A DNA stretch of 64,000 bases from Candidatus Latescibacterota bacterium (GTDB taxonomy: Bacteria; Latescibacterota; UBA2968; GCA-2709665), in contig CBDCOX010000002.1 in the NCBI GenBank assembly GCA_965219995.1, forward strand, positions 2,944,001 to 3,008,000. The letters are read 5' to 3'. This document shows, piece by piece, positions 60,007 to 64,000 of this stretch. The translations under genes were made by a program, and so were the position numbers. Every line of letters begins with the position of its first letter. The first letter of the stretch is position 1. The notes below the pieces were generated by a model. The model had not been told where the DNA came from. It made no database searches and was given only the letters and a program-made list of their open reading frames with translations.

Positions 60007-61209
60007 TTACTTTTTCCCTTCGATATCTACCTCCTCCTCTTTCTTCTTTTTGAAGAACTCCAGTCTCTTTTTCTCCTCTTCTGACATCGGCGGGTCGATT
60101 TCGTCGATCATCCGCTTGGCGTTTCCGGCCCAGAGTGGATCTTTCCCGGCCTTCTTGAACCATCTCAGCGCGCTGACGGAATCCCGGGCGGCATTGGACT
60201 TCTTCCACCTCTTGTAATGGTACTCTCCCCGCATGTAGTTGCATTTCCCGTTACCCGGGTCCAGCCTGAGGCACCTGTCGATCAGATTAATGTCACCTGT
60301 CATATCGACCAGTTGCTCGACGACGCTCAGGTTGTCGGGCTGCTGCCTGATCATCTTTCTCAGCAGGCCGATCTGAAACCGCCTGGATTTGCCGAGCTGT
60401 TTACCCAGCGTAAGCATCTGGTCCAGATAGAGAAAATCCTCCGGGTTATGGGCGTGGAGTTTCTCGTATGCGCTGAACGCCTTCCGGTCCATGCCCAGCC
60501 GGCTGTACATCCTGGCGAGATTGTCCAGGGTATTGAAATCGTCGGGGTTAATTTCGAGGAGGCGCTCCATCTCTTTCAGGGCTTCGTCTTCGTCGCCCAT
60601 GTGCAGGGTCAGCTTGGCGATCGCATCCTGGACGTCGGGATTATTCGGTTCCAGTACGCCCCAGCTGCGCGTGTGCTTCAACGCTGATTCGTAATCCTCT
60701 ATTTCAATATACAGCGCGACCAGCTGATGCAGGTATTGAATCTTCTGTTCCGGTTTCTTGGCAATGGCCAGAAGCTTTTCGTAGACCTCGATGGCCAACT
60801 CGGGCATCTGTTCCAATACGTAAAGCTGGCCGAGGTAATAGAGCGCGTTTCGCGCATTGGGGCCCATTGGATTCAGTTCGATCGCTTTCTTGAACCAGTC
60901 GATGGCGTCCCGGGGCTTTTCCGTCTCGTTGTACAACTTGCCCAGATAGTACGCGGTCTGGGCGTTCCGGGTATTGAAGTCCCAGGATTTCGTCAGCTGA
61001 ACGAGCGCGTCTTCGTATTGTTTGTTGTCCAGATACCGCTTGCCGAAGTAAACGTGTTTCCGCGACATCGCCGCCGAGTCGACGGGCGCTTCCCGTGGTT
61101 TGTGCTTGTCCTTCTTCGACTTTCTTCTGGCCTCCACCGGCGACAGCAGACCCAGTATCAGGAAGCCGCAGAGAAAAATGGTGACGCCGTCCGAAAGCCT
61201 GAATTTCAT
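60007..61209 (-). CDS. Exported TPR-repeat protein
   Basis: RBS GAGGAG before ATG 61209; signal-peptide-like N-terminus; TPRs such as AQTAYYLGKLY and NALYYLGQLY. Confidence 0.85.
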   Translation of the reverse strand: MKFRLSDGVTIFLCGFLILGLLSPVEARRKSKKDKHKPREAPVDSAAMSRKHVYFGKRYLDNKQYEDALVQLTKSWDFNTRNAQTAYYLGKLYNETEKPRDAIDWFKKAIELNPMGPNARNALYYLGQLYVLEQMPELAIEVYEKLLAIAKKPEQKIQYLHQLVALYIEIEDYESALKHTRSWGVLEPNNPDVQDAIAKLTLHMGDEDEALKEMERLLEINPDDFNTLDNLARMYSRLGMDRKAFSAYEKLHAHNPEDFLYLDQMLTLGKQLGKSRRFQIGLLRKMIRQQPDNLSVVEQLVDMTGDINLIDRCLRLDPGNGKCNYMRGEYHYKRWKKSNAARDSVSALRWFKKAGKDPLWAGNAKRMIDEIDPPMSEEEKKRLEFFKKKKEEEVDIEGKK

Positions 61210-61309
61210 GACAACCACTCCTCGGCGGGGCAGTCGCGCCATTCCGCCGATTCCACGTAAATCGCTGGCATCAAGACGTATAGACATCTGTAACACTTAG
61301 AAACATAGA

Positions 61310-61338
61310 AATCTAACGAATAGGAATTTGGATGTCAA
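61310..61338 (-). promoter_or_regulatory. Sigma70-type promoter of the TPR-exbBDD-tonB operon
   Basis: TTGACA-N17-TAGATT. Confidence 0.75.
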
Positions 61339-61467
61339 GGCAAAATCCATACCCGGTTGTTGCGATTCTGTTACGAATTGAAGACGGGACGCGGCAGGGA
61401 ATTTCACCCGCGCCAGGACGGTGGACGGGCCGACGGCCGCTTGCCGGCAATGGACTCCAGATGCCTG

Positions 61468-61496
61468 TTGACACAACCCGGCGAATCCGGTATATT
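61468..61496 (+). promoter_or_regulatory. Sigma70-type promoter upstream of guaB
   Basis: TTGACA-N17-TATATT. Confidence 0.75.
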
Positions 61497-61662
61497 CGGA
61501 TACTCTCGAACGCGAGGTGTTGCAACCCAGGCATTCACACCCGGGAAACCCACATGCGCAAGAGAATCAGGGCGTTGGGCCCTGCCATTAAGGACAGGTC
61601 TTCTCCGCCCCTGGTCGCCTGCACGCGGAGGAGGCGTCCGGCCTTGTAACGGGCGGTTGTGC

Positions 61663-61692
61663 AAACCCCTTGACACGTGTGTCAAGGGGTTT
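61663..61692. repeat. Perfect 14-bp inverted repeat in the guaB leader
   Basis: AAACCCCTTGACAC-gt-GTGTCAAGGGGTTT. Confidence 0.85.
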
Positions 61693-61786
61693 CCTGTATC
61701 CGGATACGTAGCGAAGGAAGCGAGCACATACAAGGAAAACCCTGCAGGGTCGCTGAGTTACGACACACGCCGTTTCGCATCGAACC

Positions 61787-61813
61787 CTTTTGTGCTTTTT
61801 GTGCTTTTTGTGG
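61787..61813. repeat. 9-mer tandem repeat (3 copies)
   Basis: cttttgtgc tttttgtgc tttttgtgg. Confidence 0.7.
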
Positions 61814-61869
61814 CCAATTCAGCGGTTATCTTTTATCCAATTTAAGAATATTAAATCGGGGAGCCATCT

Positions 61870-63342
61870 ATGGACAGATCCACGGAAAAAATCGCCAAAG
61901 AGGGACTCACGTATGACGATGTGTTGCTGATTCCCGGAAAATCCGAGGTATTGCCCGGCCAGGTGGATCTGACCACGCAACTCACCCGCGGGATCAGGCT
62001 GAATATTCCTCTGGTCAGCGCCGCAATGGATACCGTTACCGAAGCCCGGCTCGCAATCGCACTCGCCCAGGAGGGCGGTATCGGAATCGTCCATCGGAAT
62101 CTGTCCGTGGAAGAGCAGGCCGAAGAGGTGGCCAAGGTAAAACGGTCGGAAAGCGGAATGATCGTCGATCCGCTGACGCTTTCGCCGGACAATTATATCC
62201 GGGAAGCGCTGGAGATGATGTCCAAGTATCGAATTTCCGGCGTGCCGATCGTCGACGGGAGCAGGAGGCTGGTGGGCATCCTGACCAACCGGGACCTCAG
62301 ATTCGAGAAAAACGTACACCGCAAGGTGTCCGAGGTGATGACACACAAGGGGCTGGTGACGGCCCGGCTGGGAATCTCTCTTGAGGAAGCACAGGAAATC
62401 CTGCAGGAGCATCGCATCGAAAAGCTTCCCGTCGTTGACGATAAGGGCGTGCTGAAGGGCCTGATCACCGTGAAGGACATCGAGAAGAAAATCCAGTATC
62501 CGCACGCGTGCAAAGACGGGCTGGGAAGGCTCCGCGTCGGCGCCGCCGTAGGGGTCGGGAACGATCTGGAAGCCCGTGTCGGGACGCTGGTCGACAGGGA
62601 CGTGGACGTGATGGTCGTGGATACGGCGCACGGCCATTCGCGGGGCGTTCTCCAAGCGGTCGAACGGATCAAGAATGCCTTTCCCGAAACGGAAGTGATT
62701 GCCGGCAACATCGTAACCGCCGAAGCGGCGCGGGACCTGATTCTGGCCGGGGCGGATGCCGTCAAGGTGGGTATGGGCCCGTCGGCGAGCTGCACCACCC
62801 GGGTAATCGCCGGAGCCGGCGTACCCCAGATATCCGCGATTATGGACTGCGCGGACGTTGCGGAGAAGGCAGGCGTCCCCGCGATTGCCGACGGAGGAAT
62901 CACCCAGTCGGGTGATATCACCAAAGCCCTCGCGGCGGGCGCGAATTCCGTGATGATCGGCTTCCTGTTCGCAGGGACGGACGAGAGTCCCGGAGAAACG
63001 GTCATCTACCAGGGACGGACGTTCAAGGTGTATCGAGGTATGGGTTCGCTGGGGGCGATGCAGCGCGGCAGCAGGGACAGATATTTCCAGGGTGGCGTTG
63101 AAGCCAATAAGCTGGTCCCCGAAGGAATCGAAGGGCAGGTGCCATACAAGGGATCGATCTCGGGGTTCATCTATCAGCTCATTGGCGGTCTGAGGGCGGG
63201 CATGGGCTATTGCGGGACGAGAACCATCGCGGAGCTCCGGAGGAACGGTCGATTCGTGAAGGTGTCGTCCGCGGGTTTCAGGGAGAGCCACGCGCACGAC
63301 GTTTCGGTGACGAAAGAAGCGCCAAACTACCGGCTCGAGTAG
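61870..63342 (+). CDS. guaB: IMP dehydrogenase with CBS pair
   Basis: [43 protein letters not shown]. Confidence 0.94.
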   Translation: MDRSTEKIAKEGLTYDDVLLIPGKSEVLPGQVDLTTQLTRGIRLNIPLVSAAMDTVTEARLAIALAQEGGIGIVHRNLSVEEQAEEVAKVKRSESGMIVDPLTLSPDNYIREALEMMSKYRISGVPIVDGSRRLVGILTNRDLRFEKNVHRKVSEVMTHKGLVTARLGISLEEAQEILQEHRIEKLPVVDDKGVLKGLITVKDIEKKIQYPHACKDGLGRLRVGAAVGVGNDLEARVGTLVDRDVDVMVVDTAHGHSRGVLQAVERIKNAFPETEVIAGNIVTAEAARDLILAGADAVKVGMGPSASCTTRVIAGAGVPQISAIMDCADVAEKAGVPAIADGGITQSGDITKALAAGANSVMIGFLFAGTDESPGETVIYQGRTFKVYRGMGSLGAMQRGSRDRYFQGGVEANKLVPEGIEGQVPYKGSISGFIYQLIGGLRAGMGYCGTRTIAELRRNGRFVKVSSAGFRESHAHDVSVTKEAPNYRLE

Positions 63343-63364
63343 AACGCCGATCCCCGAAAGGCAC

Positions 63365-63394
63365 ACGGCAGATGGTAATCTACATCTGCCGTTT
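63365..63394 (+). terminator. Probable terminator after guaB
   Basis: ACGGCAGATG-N8-CATCTGCCGT followed by TT. Confidence 0.6.
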
Positions 63395-63419
63395 CTCATG
63401 CATTTCCGGGGCCAGGGAG

Positions 63420-64000
63420 ATGAGCGTGCAGTTCGATATCGAGGACATCCGGGCTCGGTTTCCGGTGACGCGGAACTGGATTTACATGAACCACGCCGGA
63501 ATCGCGCCCATCTCTCAGTGCGTCTACCAGGCAATGGACGGCATGCTGCGGGACCTGACCCGCAACGGCATGGCGAACCTCCCGGAATGGGACGACGTTT
63601 GTATGCGGACGCGGGCATCGGCCGCCCGCCTGGTTGGCGCGAACGCGGCGGATATCGCCTTCGTCAAGAATACGTCTGAAGGTATCCTCACGGTCGCCAA
63701 CGGATTGGCGTGGCGGGAGGGCGACAACGTCGTGATCCCCGACCGGGGATTTCCAGCCAACGTCTACCCGTGGATCAATCTGGGTTCATTGGGCGTTGAG
63801 GTCAGGCGCGTTCCCGAGGTCGACGGCCGAATCCCGCTGGAGGGCCTGTTGAACGCCGTCGACGCCCGGACACGCGTGCTGTCGGTGAGTTCGGTTGAAT
63901 TCGCGAGCGGATTCCGTCACGACCTCCGGGAAATCGGCAGATTCTGTAAGGCGCGGGGCGTTCTCTTTTTTGTGGATGTCATTCAGAGCCTGGGCGTGCT
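63420..64000 (+). CDS. Aminotransferase class V / cysteine-desulfurase-like protein (partial, runs off window)
   Basis: Own translation: MSVQFDIEDIRARFPVTRNWIYMNHAGIAP...FVKNTSEG...FPANVYPW...FFVDVIQSLGV. Confidence 0.88.
   Translation, partial: MSVQFDIEDIRARFPVTRNWIYMNHAGIAPISQCVYQAMDGMLRDLTRNGMANLPEWDDVCMRTRASAARLVGANAADIAFVKNTSEGILTVANGLAWREGDNVVIPDRGFPANVYPWINLGSLGVEVRRVPEVDGRIPLEGLLNAVDARTRVLSVSSVEFASGFRHDLREIGRFCKARGVLFFVDVIQSLGV

Noticed and set aside
61700-61730. SRP RNA suggested by GAAGGAAGC
   Set aside because: Lacks the conserved helix-8 context (TCAGG..GNRA..AGCAG).
1-64000. CRISPR arrays, tRNA/rRNA genes, prophage or integrase genes
   Set aside because: No repeat-spacer pattern, cloverleaf or phage/recombinase motifs recognised by eye; a tRNAscan/Infernal run would be needed to exclude them fully.

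Overview
GC-rich bacterial core-chromosome window with no integrase, transposase, rRNA, tRNA or CRISPR seen. The long, insertion-bearing SecA and the exbB-exbD-exbD-tonB-TPR layout suggest an FCB-superphylum relative such as Latescibacterota or Gemmatimonadota (inference). From left to right it holds: an ECF sigma factor with a putative autoregulated promoter; acs; queC; CIRCE-controlled groES-groEL (His-rich tail); a minus-strand run of S55 peptidase, beta-propeller protein, ribD/E/BA/H, nusB, secA and rhodanese; rlmH, amidase, TPR, TonB, hydrolase and SDR; a ~19 kb aromatic amino-acid supercluster (trpE-G-D-C-F, tyrS, DRE-TIM aldolase, trpB-A, chorismate mutase, DAHP synthase, tyrA, aroA-like, aroE, menG, argS, aroK, aroB); a minus-strand block from cupin, mnmA, MmgE/PrpD and aminotransferase through comM, fabV, amidase and Nudix to TPR-TonB-ExbDD-ExbB-TPR; guaB; and a partial class-V aminotransferase. 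The top finding is a complete ribosome-mediated attenuator ahead of trpE whose 35-aa leader has 2 Trp, 5 Tyr and 1 Phe in 13 codons, i.e. a candidate sensor of all three aromatic amino acids. Other highlights are a full-length EPSP-synthase homologue lacking most substrate-binding residues, a Cys/His-rich insert in SecA, an orphan promoter with a structured candidate sRNA, a structured guaB leader, and a MITE, a REP and short tandem repeats. All calls come from motif reading by eye; no database searches were run.
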